Assembly: GCA_964629785.1 (NCBI GenBank)
Contig: CAZVRU010000001.1
Coordinates: 34,018 to 98,017, forward strand
Direction of reading: 5' to 3'
Origin: an uncultured Planctomycetia bacterium
GTDB lineage: Bacteria > Omnitrophota > Gorgyraeia > Duberdicusellales > 4484-171
DNA: 64,000 bases
This document shows positions 35,258 through 45,295 of this stretch, one piece after another. Each line of letters opens with the position of its first letter. The first letter of the stretch is position 1. The notes below the pieces were generated by a model that was not told where the DNA came from, ran no database searches, and saw nothing but the letters and a program-made list of their open reading frames with translations. A program made the translations under genes and the position numbers.

Positions 35258-35767
35258 TTACTTGGAACCTTTTTCCCTTTTGAAAATACCTTTCACTCCT
35301 TTGCCGAAAGTTTTTCCGGTCTTCGCCGGTTTTTCCGAAGCAGGTTTATCGGCCTCTTCCCGGCTAACGGCCTTTTTTTCCTTTTTAACTTTCCTGGTTG
35401 TTTCTTTTTCCGGCAGACGGGTAAACTCTATCTGGGACATACGAGCCCCGTCGCCCAGCCGGGTACTGATCCCGAAAATACGGGTATACCCGCCCTGAAT
35501 ATTGGCGAAACGCGGAGCTATCTCATCGCATAACCGTTTGACCAGAGTATGATTATTAAGCAGTTTATAAGCCTGGCGCTTGGAATGCAGGGTGTTGTCC
35601 TTGCCCCATTCTACCAGTTTATCCACCCAGGGGCGGATACCTTTGGCTTTCGATTCAGTGGTCTTTATCGATTCATTAATCACCATCGCCCGCAAAAGGC
35701 TTTTTATCAACGCTTTGCGCTGGGCCCGCGGACGCGAGAATTTTTCGCTTTTCTTTCTGTGCCTCAT
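35258..35767 (-). CDS. rplQ: 50S ribosomal protein L17 with a K/E-rich C-terminal extension
   Basis: MRHRKKSEKFSRPRAQRKAL... The ATGA overlaps the rpoA stop. It is 169 aa against about 125 aa for typical L17. Confidence 0.95.
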   Translation of the reverse strand: MRHRKKSEKFSRPRAQRKALIKSLLRAMVINESIKTTESKAKGIRPWVDKLVEWGKDNTLHSKRQAYKLLNNHTLVKRLCDEIAPRFANIQGGYTRIFGISTRLGDGARMSQIEFTRLPEKETTRKVKKEKKAVSREEADKPASEKPAKTGKTFGKGVKGIFKREKGSK

Positions 35768-36750
35768 AGCATCTCCAGTTTTTTCAAATCGATGTTCATT
35801 CCCAGCGACAATCCCATGGTCTTCAGGAGATTAGCGATCTCGGTCAACGATTTCTTTCCGAAATTCCGGTAGGAAAGCATTTCGGCTTCTGACTTGGTGA
35901 CCAGATCGGCCAGTATCTTGATGTCGGCTTCCCGCAGACAGTTGGCGCTGCGCACCGAAAGTTCCAGTTCGGAAATAGGTATTTTAAGTTTTTCAAAAAG
36001 AGATACTTCTTCCGGAGTCAGCTCTTCGATCTCCTCTTCCGGTATCTCTCCCAGAGTAAAGAAAAGTTCCAGATGTTTACTTAAGACTTTGGACGCATAG
36101 ATCAGGGCTTCTTTGGGCTCGATGCTTCCGTTGGTTTTGATCTCTATGATCAGTTTGTCATAATCGGTGCGTTTGCCCACCCGGGTATTTTCCACCTCGA
36201 AATTAACTCGCTTTACCGGTGTAAATATCGAATCTATGGGAATGACCCCTACCGGCATATCTTCGGACTTATTCATCTCGGCAGTCACAAATCCCCGCCC
36301 CTTACCTACTTCCATCTCCACAAAAAACTTGGCATCCGGGGAAGTGAGGGTGGCGATGTGCAGGTCCGGATTGACCACTTCCACGGTCTCGTTAGTGATT
36401 ATATCGCCGGCCGTGATCTTGCCTTCTCCTTCGGCTTTTATAAATATCTTTTTGGGTGCCTTGGAATAGGCACGCAGAACCAGGTTCTTGATGTTAAGAA
36501 TGATCTCGGGAAGATCTTCCTTGACCCCGGGCAAAGTAGAAAACTCATGCGAGGCATTTTCCACGCTGATCGCAGTGACAGCCACGCCTTCGATCGATGA
36601 AAGCAATACACGGCGCAAAGCGTTTCCCAGTGTCACACCGTATCCTCTTTCCAGAGGATCAGCGACAAATTTACCGTAAAAGGGAGAATATGTATCTTCT
36701 TCGATCGTAATCCGCTTGGGAAATTGAAAATCGCGCCACGTAATACCCAT
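35764..36750 (-). CDS. rpoA: DNA-directed RNA polymerase subunit alpha
   Basis: 328 aa. GYGVTLGNALRRVLLSSIEG, and a C-terminal domain with LELSVRSANCL. Confidence 0.97.
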   Translation of the reverse strand: MGITWRDFQFPKRITIEEDTYSPFYGKFVADPLERGYGVTLGNALRRVLLSSIEGVAVTAISVENASHEFSTLPGVKEDLPEIILNIKNLVLRAYSKAPKKIFIKAEGEGKITAGDIITNETVEVVNPDLHIATLTSPDAKFFVEMEVGKGRGFVTAEMNKSEDMPVGVIPIDSIFTPVKRVNFEVENTRVGKRTDYDKLIIEIKTNGSIEPKEALIYASKVLSKHLELFFTLGEIPEEEIEELTPEEVSLFEKLKIPISELELSVRSANCLREADIKILADLVTKSEAEMLSYRNFGKKSLTEIANLLKTMGLSLGMNIDLKKLEML

Positions 36751-36814
36751 CGTATTTCCTCCTTAAATCTGCGAGATAATTACTCCTGGCCCGCGCCAAA
36801 AGACGCGCCAAAGT

Positions 36815-37447
36815 TTATTTTGAATACAATTCCACGATATACTGCTCGTTCACCGGAAGGATAAGATCTTCTTTTTCCGGCAGACGGGTCAAGGTTATCT
36901 TCAGTTGGTCATTATCCACGGACATCCATTTAGGAACACTGCGCTCCTTGGAGTTTATCAGGATATTTTCTTTTAATTTTTTGGCCAGTTTTTCTTTGGC
37001 CGTGACAATAATGACATCCCCCTCTTTCACCAGAAAAGAAGGGATATCGACACGCCGGTCGTTGACCCGGACAAAGCCGTGTCTGACCACCTGCCGGGCT
37101 TCGTTACGGGACAAAGAAAACAGGGCGCGGAAAACTACATTGTCCAGCCTGAGTTCAAGAAGTTCTATAAGCTTGCGGCCGGTAGCGCCTTTAGACTTAG
37201 CGGCTATCGAAAAGAAGCGGCGAAATTGTTTTTCCAGAATGCCGTACATCCTTTTGACCTTCTGTTTTTCCCGCAGCTGCATGGCATAGTACGACTGTTT
37301 TCTCTGGCGTCTCCCCACATTTGATCCGGGAGGATAAGGCCGTTTGGTAAAAGGGCATTTTTCGGTCCGGCATTTAGGCCCTTTTAAAAAAAGCTTCATA
37401 CCTTCTCTTCTACATAACCTGCATTGTGCTTCTAAATATCGTCCCAT
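36815..37447 (-). CDS. rpsD: 30S ribosomal protein S4
   Basis: MGRYLEAQCRLCRREGMKLFLKG..., with an S4 domain (RLDNVVFR). Confidence 0.97.
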   Translation of the reverse strand: MGRYLEAQCRLCRREGMKLFLKGPKCRTEKCPFTKRPYPPGSNVGRRQRKQSYYAMQLREKQKVKRMYGILEKQFRRFFSIAAKSKGATGRKLIELLELRLDNVVFRALFSLSRNEARQVVRHGFVRVNDRRVDIPSFLVKEGDVIIVTAKEKLAKKLKENILINSKERSVPKWMSVDNDQLKITLTRLPEKEDLILPVNEQYIVELYSK

Positions 37448-37471
37448 TGTAGTTCGCTCTCCTTGTTCGAC

Positions 37472-37864
37472 TTATACTCTTCGTTTCTTACGCGGCCGGC
37501 ACCCGTTATGAGGGGTCGGGGTAACGTCCTTGACCCGGCGGACATTCAGTCCCGAATTCTGCAAAGACCTGATTGCCGCCTCCCGGCCCGGGCCGGGGCC
37601 TTTAACAAAAACTTCGATCTCGGTAAGCCCCAGGTCTCTCACCCTTTTGGCGGCTTCTGATGCCGCGATCTGGGCCGCATAAGGAGTGGATTTTTTTGCC
37701 CCCTTAAATCCGATCCCGCCGCCTGACGCCTGAGCAATCGCCTTACCTTCCAGATCAGTAATAGTCACTATGGTATTGTTAAACGTCGCGTTGATATGGG
37801 CCTGGCCCACATTGGACGTCAGATGTATCTTTTTTTTCTTCTCTCTTCTTCTCTTTTTTGCCAT
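37472..37864 (-). CDS. rpsK: 30S ribosomal protein S11
   Basis: [18 protein letters not shown]...[14 protein letters not shown]. Confidence 0.97.
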   Translation of the reverse strand: MAKKRRREKKKKIHLTSNVGQAHINATFNNTIVTITDLEGKAIAQASGGGIGFKGAKKSTPYAAQIAASEAAKRVRDLGLTEIEVFVKGPGPGREAAIRSLQNSGLNVRRVKDVTPTPHNGCRPRKKRRV

Positions 37865-37892
37865 GTCTTCTCCTTTTTGAAAATAAGCCGGA

Positions 37893-38264
37893 TTACTTCC
37901 GTTTTATGCCGCCGACTCTGGGCCGGGGCCCTTTACGGGTACGGGCATTACATTTTGTTCTCTGGCCCCGTACCGGAAGTCCTTTCTTATGGCGCGACCC
38001 CTTATAGGAACCGATCTCGATCAAACGTCGAACATTCTGGGCAATGACACGGCGCAGTTCGCCTTCGACGCGAATATGATTCTGAACATAAGTCGCGATC
38101 TTGAAAACTTCTTCATCGGTCAGTTCTCCGGCCCTTTTATCGGGATCGATGCCGGTACTTTTTAGTATCTGCAATGAGTTGACCGGACCGACACCGTAAA
38201 GATACCGTAAGGAAATCTGGATCTTCTTATTTTTAGGGATATCGACACCTAATATTCTCGGCAT
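37893..38264 (-). CDS. rpsM: 30S ribosomal protein S13
   Basis: [26 protein letters not shown]. Confidence 0.97.
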   Translation of the reverse strand: MPRILGVDIPKNKKIQISLRYLYGVGPVNSLQILKSTGIDPDKRAGELTDEEVFKIATYVQNHIRVEGELRRVIAQNVRRLIEIGSYKGSRHKKGLPVRGQRTKCNARTRKGPRPRVGGIKRK

Positions 38265-38300
38265 ATCATTCTCCTTTTACTAAAAATACGGTGCCCACGC

Positions 38301-38414
38301 TTACCCCTGCCTTTGTTTATGCTTGGGATTTTTACAGATAACGCGTACCACACCCTTGCGTTTTATTATCCTGCACTTATCACAAATTTTTTTTACTGAA
38401 GCTTTTACTTTCAT
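38301..38414 (-). CDS. rpmJ: 50S ribosomal protein L36 (zinc-binding form)
   Basis: Not in the ORF track because it is too short. Hand translation of the reverse complement gives [37 protein letters not shown] followed by a stop (37 aa). Confidence 0.95.
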   Translation of the reverse strand: MKVKASVKKICDKCRIIKRKGVVRVICKNPKHKQRQG

Positions 38415-38457
38415 CTTAGCACCTTTTCGTCATAGACCGCATAAAACAAACAATTTT

Positions 38458-39207
38458 TCAAGTGATCACCAGTGGACCGCGGGCCGTGATCGCCACCGTA
38501 TGTTCATAATGACAGCTTAACTCTTTGTCCCTGGTCCGGGCAGTCCAGCCATCGGCCATTATTTCTACTTCACTGCCTCCGGCACAAAGCATCGGTTCGA
38601 TGGCGATGATCATTCCTTCTTCCAGGACCATTCCGGTTCCGGCCTTACCGTAATTCGGCACTTCCGGTTCCATATGCAGGTCCCTGCCTATCCCGTGTCC
38701 GACAAAATTGCGTACCACGGAAAAACCGCGCGATTCGGCCAGAGACTGAACCGCCTCGCCGATGTCCCCGATACGCGCCCCGGGCCGGGCAGCATTGATA
38801 GCCCGCTTCAGGCACTCCTGTCCGGTAAGGCACAGAAGTCTTGCCTGCGGCGAAACTTTTGCCACCTGATAGGTATAGGCTGTATCGACATATACGCCGT
38901 TATAGAGTACTCCCAGATCGACACTCACCAGATCGCCGGCCTTGATCACCCGGTCATCGGAAGGAATACCGTGAATAATCTCTTCGTTCACGGCCACGCA
39001 TAACGATGCCGGATAACCGGAATATCCTTTGAACGCCGCTTCCATTCCGGGATTTTTTTTCAGCCAGTCTACAAAGAACTTTTCGATAGCCCGGGTAGTT
39101 ATCCCCGGCCTGATGAATTTTTTCAGCCGACTCAGGGTTTGGCCTGCGACTTTTCCTGCTTTCCTCATATCACCGAGTTCAGCGGGGGAAAGTCTATTTT
39201 CCATCAT
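38458..39207 (-). CDS. map: Type I methionine aminopeptidase
   Basis: 249 aa. GYPASLCVAVNEEIIHGIP, DLGVLYNGVYVD, FVGHGIG, IEPM, YEHTV. Confidence 0.95.
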   Translation of the reverse strand: MMENRLSPAELGDMRKAGKVAGQTLSRLKKFIRPGITTRAIEKFFVDWLKKNPGMEAAFKGYSGYPASLCVAVNEEIIHGIPSDDRVIKAGDLVSVDLGVLYNGVYVDTAYTYQVAKVSPQARLLCLTGQECLKRAINAARPGARIGDIGEAVQSLAESRGFSVVRNFVGHGIGRDLHMEPEVPNYGKAGTGMVLEEGMIIAIEPMLCAGGSEVEIMADGWTARTRDKELSCHYEHTVAITARGPLVIT

Positions 39208-39832
39208 CTACTTTTTTAACTATCTCCCTGAACAGATCCTGCGCATTACCGTCGGCATCACAGGACATCAAAATACCTTTTTCTTTATAGTAATCCATCA
39301 ACGGTTTACTTTCTTTCATAAATACCTCCCAGCGTCGCCCGATGACTTCCGGGGTGTCGTCCTTGCGCACGATCAACCCGCTGCCGCAGGCATCGCAGAT
39401 ACCCTCTTTACGGGGAGGTATGTTCTTTACGTGATAATTGGCTCCGCACTTCGGGCAGACCCGGCGGCCGGTAAGCCGGCTCAGGACAGTCTCCTGACTG
39501 ACATCGAAATAGATCACGTAATCGATCTTCGAACCTCTTTTATCAAGGATCTTATCCAGTATCCCGGCCTGGCCGATGGTCCGGGGAAAACCGTCCAGGA
39601 TGAATCCTTTTGGGTCCAGGTTCTCTTCGATCACCCGGGACACCACTGCATCCGAGACCAACTCCCCTTTTTCCATGATGCTTTTTATCTGCCGGCCCAG
39701 GTCGCTGTCTTTTTTCACTTCATCACGAAGCATGTCCCCCAGAGACAGCCACTGAACTTTAAAATGATCTTGCAGTATTTTGGCCTGCGTCCCCTTACCT
39801 GAACCGGGAGCGCCGAGCAGAACGAATCTCAT
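39194..39832 (-). CDS. adk: Adenylate kinase (Zn-binding lid type)
   Basis: MRFVLLGAPGSGKGTQA. The lid carries CPKCGANYH...CDACGSGL. Confidence 0.95.
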   Translation of the reverse strand: MRFVLLGAPGSGKGTQAKILQDHFKVQWLSLGDMLRDEVKKDSDLGRQIKSIMEKGELVSDAVVSRVIEENLDPKGFILDGFPRTIGQAGILDKILDKRGSKIDYVIYFDVSQETVLSRLTGRRVCPKCGANYHVKNIPPRKEGICDACGSGLIVRKDDTPEVIGRRWEVFMKESKPLMDYYKEKGILMSCDADGNAQDLFREIVKKVDDGK

Positions 39833-41169
39833 CGTCTTCCCCTCATCTCTTTGCCTTTGATGAATCCGTCATAGTGACGGATAACCAGTTGTCCTTCTAT
39901 CTGACGCATGGTATCCAGTACTACCCCGACCATGATCAGAATCGTGGTACCGCCGAAAAAGGAGGTAACCGAATAAGGGACATTAAGTACTTTCATCACC
40001 AGGCTGGGAAAGATCGCGATGACCGAGATATATACGGCACCGACGAATACGATCCTGGTAGCCACGTAATTCAAATACTCGGCAGTAGGCCGGCCCGGAC
40101 GTATGCCGGGAATAAACCCGCCGTATTTTTTCAGATTATTGGATATTTCCATAGGATTGAACACGATAGCCGTATAAAAATACATAAAAAACATGATCAA
40201 CCCCACATAGACCAGGTTATACCAAAGACCCTGCTGTTTGAAAATATTCTGAAGGAAAGTGGCTTTAGGAAAAAAAGTGCCCAGAGTAGCAGGAAAAAGA
40301 ATAACTGCCTGAGCAAAAATAATAGCAATAACTCCTGACATATCGACCCGTATGGGAAGATAAGTGCTCTGTCCGCCATAGACCCGGCGGCCGACCACAC
40401 GTTTTCCGTACTGGATAGGGATACGACGCTGAGCCTGAGTAAACAGGACCACGGCAGCGATCACCGCAACCCATATGACCAGAAGGCTGAGCACGGTAAC
40501 CGTGCTGATCTGCCTCCGGGCAGGATCAAAGGGAGAATAAAGTACCCAGAGCTGATAAAGCGAACTGGGAAGGCGGGCAATAATACTGGTAGTGATTATC
40601 AGCGAAATGCCATTACCAATCCCCCGTTCCTGGATCTGTTCTCCCAGCCACATGATGAACACAGTACCGCAGGTCAGGGTCATTACCGTGACAAACCTGA
40701 ACAAAGCCCCCGGTTCAGGAACTATGGTCATTCCCCGGAAACTCTGGGGATTTTCCAGCCAAAGAGCAAGCATAAACCCCTGTATCAGACAGATAAACAG
40801 GGTAAGATACCGGGTATACTGATTTATTTTTTCGTATCCGGCTTTTCCTTCTCTGGCCAGATTTTCCAGAGCAGGTATAACACCGGTCAAAAGCTGCATA
40901 ATGATCGAGGCCGAGATATAAGGCATTACCCCCAGAGCGAATATGCTCAACCTCTGCAAGGCACCGCCGGTAAACAGGTTAAATACGCCTAACAGCGTCT
41001 CTCCCTGAGTTTTGGCCAGCTGATCGAAAAAAGCAGCCAGTGCTCCGCTGTCGACCCCGGGCGTGGGCAGAAAACAACCCACCCGGTAAACAATAAGCAG
41101 AGAAAGGGTGACGATTATTTTCTTTCGCAGTTCTTCGACCCGGAAAATATTGCTTATTGCGTCAAGCAT
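39829..41169 (-). CDS. secY: Preprotein translocase subunit SecY
   Basis: 446 aa, polytopic. FALGVMPYISASIIMQLL, GGQSTYLPIRV. Confidence 0.97.
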   Translation of the reverse strand: MLDAISNIFRVEELRKKIIVTLSLLIVYRVGCFLPTPGVDSGALAAFFDQLAKTQGETLLGVFNLFTGGALQRLSIFALGVMPYISASIIMQLLTGVIPALENLAREGKAGYEKINQYTRYLTLFICLIQGFMLALWLENPQSFRGMTIVPEPGALFRFVTVMTLTCGTVFIMWLGEQIQERGIGNGISLIITTSIIARLPSSLYQLWVLYSPFDPARRQISTVTVLSLLVIWVAVIAAVVLFTQAQRRIPIQYGKRVVGRRVYGGQSTYLPIRVDMSGVIAIIFAQAVILFPATLGTFFPKATFLQNIFKQQGLWYNLVYVGLIMFFMYFYTAIVFNPMEISNNLKKYGGFIPGIRPGRPTAEYLNYVATRIVFVGAVYISVIAIFPSLVMKVLNVPYSVTSFFGGTTILIMVGVVLDTMRQIEGQLVIRHYDGFIKGKEMRGRR

Positions 41170-41606
41170 TCCGCAGTGCCTCCTGCTTTTTCAATGAGCT
41201 CTCTGGCCTTTTGGGAAAATTTATGGGCTTTGATAATACCTGAAAGCCTGACCTCTTTTTTGCTGCGGGCAAGGATCTTTACCCTTTTATGCAGACTGCG
41301 GATCAAATGTGCATCTTTAAGTTCCTGAGGAGTTATCTCTTTCTTGCCTTTCAACCTTGCCTCTATATCGTCGAGATTGACGATCTGATAAAAATTATCG
41401 GTTACCGAAGTAAAACCTCTTTTGGGTATCTTACGGAAGAGAGGCACATTATCGCCCAGATGCCCGATGTAATGGACCGTGCCTTTACGCTGTCCGGCTC
41501 CTTTATGGCCGCGGCCGCTGGTCTTGCCCCGTCCGCTGCCGGTGCCCCGGCCCAGCCGTTTGGAGATCTTTTTCTTTACGCTGTTTTTTAATCCCGTCAA
41601 ACTCAT
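41154..41606 (-). CDS. rplO: 50S ribosomal protein L15
   Basis: [20 protein letters not shown]. The start overlaps the rpsE stop by 4 nt. Confidence 0.95.
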   Translation of the reverse strand: MSLTGLKNSVKKKISKRLGRGTGSGRGKTSGRGHKGAGQRKGTVHYIGHLGDNVPLFRKIPKRGFTSVTDNFYQIVNLDDIEARLKGKKEITPQELKDAHLIRSLHKRVKILARSKKEVRLSGIIKAHKFSQKARELIEKAGGTAECLTQ

Positions 41607-42073
41607 TGCTGATCCCCCTTGATCCTGCTCAAACCTTCGAATGTCGCTTTAACCACATTTATCGGGTTATTAGACCTTTTTAATATCTTGGTCAGTACGT
41701 CGTGTATGCCGGCGCACTCGCATATGGCCCGCACCACTGCCCCGGCAATGACGCCGGTACCGCGGGATGCCGGCTTAAGCAGCACCTGGGTCGCGCCGAA
41801 CTCGCCGATTATATCATGGGAAATGGTCGAACCTCTTTTATGCACGTCGATCATTTTGGTCCTGGCCCGTTTGATGCCTTTGCGTATGGCATCGGCCACT
41901 TCATTGGCCTTACCCAGGGCATAGCCGACTTTACCTTCACCGTCGCCGACCACGACCAGTGCCGAAAAACCGAGGTTTTTACCGCCCTTGGTGACCTTGG
42001 TGACCCGGTTGATGAAAATCACCCGTTCTATGAAAACATTCTGATCTGCCGTTGCCGGTATTTTTTGTCCCAT
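41603..42073 (-). CDS. rpsE: 30S ribosomal protein S5
   Basis: [36 protein letters not shown]. Confidence 0.97.
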   Translation of the reverse strand: MGQKIPATADQNVFIERVIFINRVTKVTKGGKNLGFSALVVVGDGEGKVGYALGKANEVADAIRKGIKRARTKMIDVHKRGSTISHDIIGEFGATQVLLKPASRGTGVIAGAVVRAICECAGIHDVLTKILKRSNNPINVVKATFEGLSRIKGDQQ

Positions 42074-42426
42074 CAGAACTTCAATCCTCCTTCTCGCGCG
42101 CCTTCGGCTAATGCTTTGATCCGTCCGTGATATTTATATCCGGCCCGGTCAAAACATACTTTCTTTATACCGATAGCCTTTCCTTTCTCAGCCAGCATTT
42201 TGCCCACTTCTTTGGCAGCGCCAATATCCGTGGACTTTATCTTCTTCGATTTGAACTCTTTACTTAAACTGGAACATCCGCTCAAAACCTTCTGCGATCC
42301 GTCGTCGATCAGCTGAGCGTAAATATGCTTTTTGCTGCGGAAAATGATCAGACGAGGCTGTTCGTCGCTGCCTTTCATTTTTTTGGTGATTCGTTTATGT
42401 CGGCGTAATCTCTCTATCTTTTTCAT
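42073..42426 (-). CDS. rplR: 50S ribosomal protein L18
   Basis: [19 protein letters not shown]...[26 protein letters not shown]. Confidence 0.97.
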   Translation of the reverse strand: MKKIERLRRHKRITKKMKGSDEQPRLIIFRSKKHIYAQLIDDGSQKVLSGCSSLSKEFKSKKIKSTDIGAAKEVGKMLAEKGKAIGIKKVCFDRAGYKYHGRIKALAEGAREGGLKF

Positions 42427-42962
42427 TTCGCCATCGCCTTTCCTAATTTCTTGCGCACTTCTTCGCCGCTGTAGCGGATACCTTTTCCTTTATACGGCTC
42501 AGGCGGATAATAAGCTCTCAAACCGGCGCAGAATTTACCCACCAGATATTTATCGATGCCTTCCACGGTTATCTTTGTCGGCATAGGGGTGGCCACTTTC
42601 AGTTCTTTGGGCACTTCTACTTCCAGAGGATGGGAACGGCCTATCTGGAGAGCCAGATTCGAACCTTTCATCTGGACCTTATACCCCATACCGATGACCT
42701 CGAGCTCTTTTTTAAAGCCCTGGCTGACGCCGATTACCATATTACGCAACAGGGCGCGGGTAGTGCCGTGCATGCTGCGGACCTGTTTTTCTTCCGAGGT
42801 GCGGCTTACCAGGACAGTTCCATCCTCTACCTTTACCTCGATATTACGGTAAAGAGACAAAGACAGTTTGCCCTTAGGGCCTTCGACCAGGACCTCCCGG
42901 CCCTGCACAGTGATTTTCACTTTATCCGGTAATTTTAAAGGCGACTTTCCTATTCGCGACAT
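42423..42962 (-). CDS. rplF: 50S ribosomal protein L6
   Basis: MSRIGKSPLKLPDKVKITVQG...PEPYKGKGIRY. Confidence 0.97.
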   Translation of the reverse strand: MSRIGKSPLKLPDKVKITVQGREVLVEGPKGKLSLSLYRNIEVKVEDGTVLVSRTSEEKQVRSMHGTTRALLRNMVIGVSQGFKKELEVIGMGYKVQMKGSNLALQIGRSHPLEVEVPKELKVATPMPTKITVEGIDKYLVGKFCAGLRAYYPPEPYKGKGIRYSGEEVRKKLGKAMAK

Positions 42963-42978
42963 GACAGCACCGATTCCT

Positions 42979-43374
42979 TTACCACACGCAGCCGATAACT
43001 TCTCCGCCCAGCCCCAGGTTACGGGCCTCTTTGTCGGTAACGATACCCTGGGAGGTGGAGATTATCGCCACGCCGTAACCGCGGTAGACGCGGGGGAGAT
43101 TGTCCTTCCCCACATAATGTCTGCGGCCCGGACGGGAGATTTTTTTCAATCCGCTGATCGCGTTCTTCTTTTTATTGTATTTTAAATAGACCTTTATCGT
43201 CTTATAATTCGGGTTATCCAGTTCCTTGACATTTTCGATATACCCTTCTTCCTTGATGATCGACATGATCTTCATCAAAGGTTTGGAATAAGGAATGACC
43301 ACCTCTTCCCGGTGAGTCAGGATAGCATTCCTCACGATCGTGAATGCATCGGCTATTAAATCGGTTCTGCTCAT
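42979..43374 (-). CDS. rpsH: 30S ribosomal protein S8
   Basis: DLIADAFTIVRNAI...GGEVIGCVW. Confidence 0.97.
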   Translation of the reverse strand: MSRTDLIADAFTIVRNAILTHREEVVIPYSKPLMKIMSIIKEEGYIENVKELDNPNYKTIKVYLKYNKKKNAISGLKKISRPGRRHYVGKDNLPRVYRGYGVAIISTSQGIVTDKEARNLGLGGEVIGCVW

Positions 43375-43428
43375 TATACTCCTCGCATTGATTTTTAGCG
43401 CAGCGCGATCAGCGCCGCTTAAATCTTT

Positions 43429-43623
43429 TTACCAGCTGGCTTTTTTCACGCCGGGTATCAGCCCCCGCCAGGCCAGCTGACGGAAACAGATACGGCACAG
43501 TTCGAAATCCCTGATATAGGCACGCGGCCGGCCGCATAAACGGCAACGATTTTTTTGCCGCGTGGAAAATTTCGCTTTCCGCCGCTCCCGTCTCCATTTC
43601 TCGATCTTTGCTGTAGTCGCCAT
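43429..43623 (-). CDS. rpsN: 30S ribosomal protein S14, short zinc-binding type Z
   Basis: 64 aa. [38 protein letters not shown]. Confidence 0.95.
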   Translation of the reverse strand: MATTAKIEKWRRERRKAKFSTRQKNRCRLCGRPRAYIRDFELCRICFRQLAWRGLIPGVKKASW

Positions 43624-43635
43624 AATTACCCTCGA

Positions 43636-44205
43636 TTATTTCTTAAAAGGAAAACCTAATTCTTTCAATAAGGCCAGAGCCCCTTCGTCATCAGGACTGG
43701 TAGTACATATAGTTATGTTCATTCCCAGCGTCTTTTCGACTTTATCTATATCGATCTCGGGAAAGATAGTCTGGTCGACTATACCGAAAGTATAATTGCC
43801 GGCACCGTCAAAAGAACGCGAAGAAAAACCGCGAAAATCGCGTATCCGGGGCACGGCTACAGTAATAAACCGGTCTAAAAATTCATACATGCGCGCCTTG
43901 CGTAAAGTCACACAGCAGCCGATAGCCATCTTTTCCCTGATCTTGAAGTTGGAAATAGCTTTCCGGGCCCTGGTCACTTTTACCTTCTGTCCGGTGATCG
44001 TAGCCAGGTCCTTGGCGGCTTTTTCGATTATCTTGGCGTCGCTGGTCGCCTGGCCCAGGCCCATGTTGATCACGATCTTGGTAAGACAGGGAATTTCCAT
44101 GACATTATCAAAAGAAAGTTTTTCTTTCAAATGACCTATGCCTGTCTCCCGGTACTGTTTAAAAAGACGCGGTATATATTTTTCCTTTACAGGTCCTTCT
44201 GACAT
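43636..44205 (-). CDS. rplE: 50S ribosomal protein L5
   Basis: NVMEIPCLTKIVINMGLG...FRGFSSRSFDGAGNYTFG. The ORF-track start at 44214 is a GTG codon. ATG 44205 with an AAGGG sequence upstream is preferred. Confidence 0.95.
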   Translation of the reverse strand: MSEGPVKEKYIPRLFKQYRETGIGHLKEKLSFDNVMEIPCLTKIVINMGLGQATSDAKIIEKAAKDLATITGQKVKVTRARKAISNFKIREKMAIGCCVTLRKARMYEFLDRFITVAVPRIRDFRGFSSRSFDGAGNYTFGIVDQTIFPEIDIDKVEKTLGMNITICTTSPDDEGALALLKELGFPFKK

Positions 44206-44501
44206 TTTGAACACACCCTTGCTTTTGTCTTATCCTTCATAACTTTCATCGAAAACCTTACCCCTCTATTGCAATGCGGGCAGTAAAGAGCAACATTGGA
44301 ACAGTTCAGCGGAGCCGGGATTTCCTTGATCCCGCCGCTTTCGGCTTCAGAACGGCGGCGCATATGTTTTTTGACCAGATTCACGCCTTCCACGATCACC
44401 ATATTGCTTTCCGGAGTAAAACGCAGGATCCGGCCTGATTTGCCTTTATCCTTACCGGCCAGAACCACCACTTTATCACCTTTTTTAAGACCGCGGCTCA
44501 T
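44187..44501 (-). CDS. rplX: 50S ribosomal protein L24 (with a CxxC...CxxC C-terminal region)
   Basis: LKKGDKVVVLAGKDKGKSGRIL (KOW domain). The C-terminal region reads CPHCNRGVRFSMKVMKDKTKARVCSKC. Confidence 0.95.
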   Translation of the reverse strand: MSRGLKKGDKVVVLAGKDKGKSGRILRFTPESNMVIVEGVNLVKKHMRRRSEAESGGIKEIPAPLNCSNVALYCPHCNRGVRFSMKVMKDKTKARVCSKCQKDL

Positions 44502-44502
44502 A

Positions 44503-44868
44503 TCAGATCACCTCAGGGGCGAGAGAAAGTATCTTGGCGAACTTATCCCTCAATTCACGGGCAATCGGCCCGAATACACGTGTACCGCGGGGGTTACCCT
44601 GTTTGTCGATGATCACCGCGGCATTATTATCGAACTTTATCATCATCCCGTCCTTACGTTTTATAGGAGTACAGGTACGCACGATCACGGCGCGGACCAC
44701 CTCCCCTTTTTTAACCTGCCCGTTAGGGATCGACTCCTTAACGCTGGCAGTAATGATATCTCCGATCTCGGCAAAATTCTTGTTCTTCTTACCGATCGTA
44801 CCGATATAGGAAATCGTTTTAGCTCCGGTATTGTCTGCTACATCCAGCCGGGTACGGACTATGATCAT
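44503..44868 (-). CDS. rplN: 50S ribosomal protein L14
   Basis: [17 protein letters not shown]...[11 protein letters not shown]-like pattern. Confidence 0.97.
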   Translation of the reverse strand: MIIVRTRLDVADNTGAKTISYIGTIGKKNKNFAEIGDIITASVKESIPNGQVKKGEVVRAVIVRTCTPIKRKDGMMIKFDNNAAVIIDKQGNPRGTRVFGPIARELRDKFAKILSLAPEVI

Positions 44869-45110
44869 TTCACCACCTCAAGCAATCTGAATCTTTTTTC
44901 CTTGGAATAAGGCCGTGCCTCGATTATCCGCACTTTGTCGCCGGCTTTTGCTTTATCTTCCGGATCATGGACTTTGAACTTATTTCTGCTCTTGACAAAT
45001 TTTTTATACATGGAATGAGATATCTTTTCCTCGATCTGGACCACGCAGGTCTTTTTCATCTTATCGGATATCACCACACCCTCGAATATCTTTTTACGGG
45101 TATTTTTCAT
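44865..45110 (-). CDS. rpsQ: 30S ribosomal protein S17
   Basis: [17 protein letters not shown]...[28 protein letters not shown]. Confidence 0.95.
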   Translation of the reverse strand: MKNTRKKIFEGVVISDKMKKTCVVQIEEKISHSMYKKFVKSRNKFKVHDPEDKAKAGDKVRIIEARPYSKEKRFRLLEVVK

Positions 45111-45295
45111 CTTTTTTTCTCCTGTAATACAGTAAGGATCCTGGCGATATCTTTCCTGATCTGTTTGAAAAAATGAGGCTTTTCCACCTGAGCCGTGCTC
45201 TTTTTAAAACTCAGCTCCATCAGCTGTTTACGCAGATCCTTTACTTTGTCTTCCAGTTCCTGCGGCGTTAAATTGGTATAATCGTTCTTTTTCAT
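45107..45295 (-). CDS. rpmC: 50S ribosomal protein L29
   Basis: 62 aa. [23 protein letters not shown]. It sits between rplP and rpsQ. Confidence 0.9.
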   Translation of the reverse strand: MKKNDYTNLTPQELEDKVKDLRKQLMELSFKKSTAQVEKPHFFKQIRKDIARILTVLQEKKR

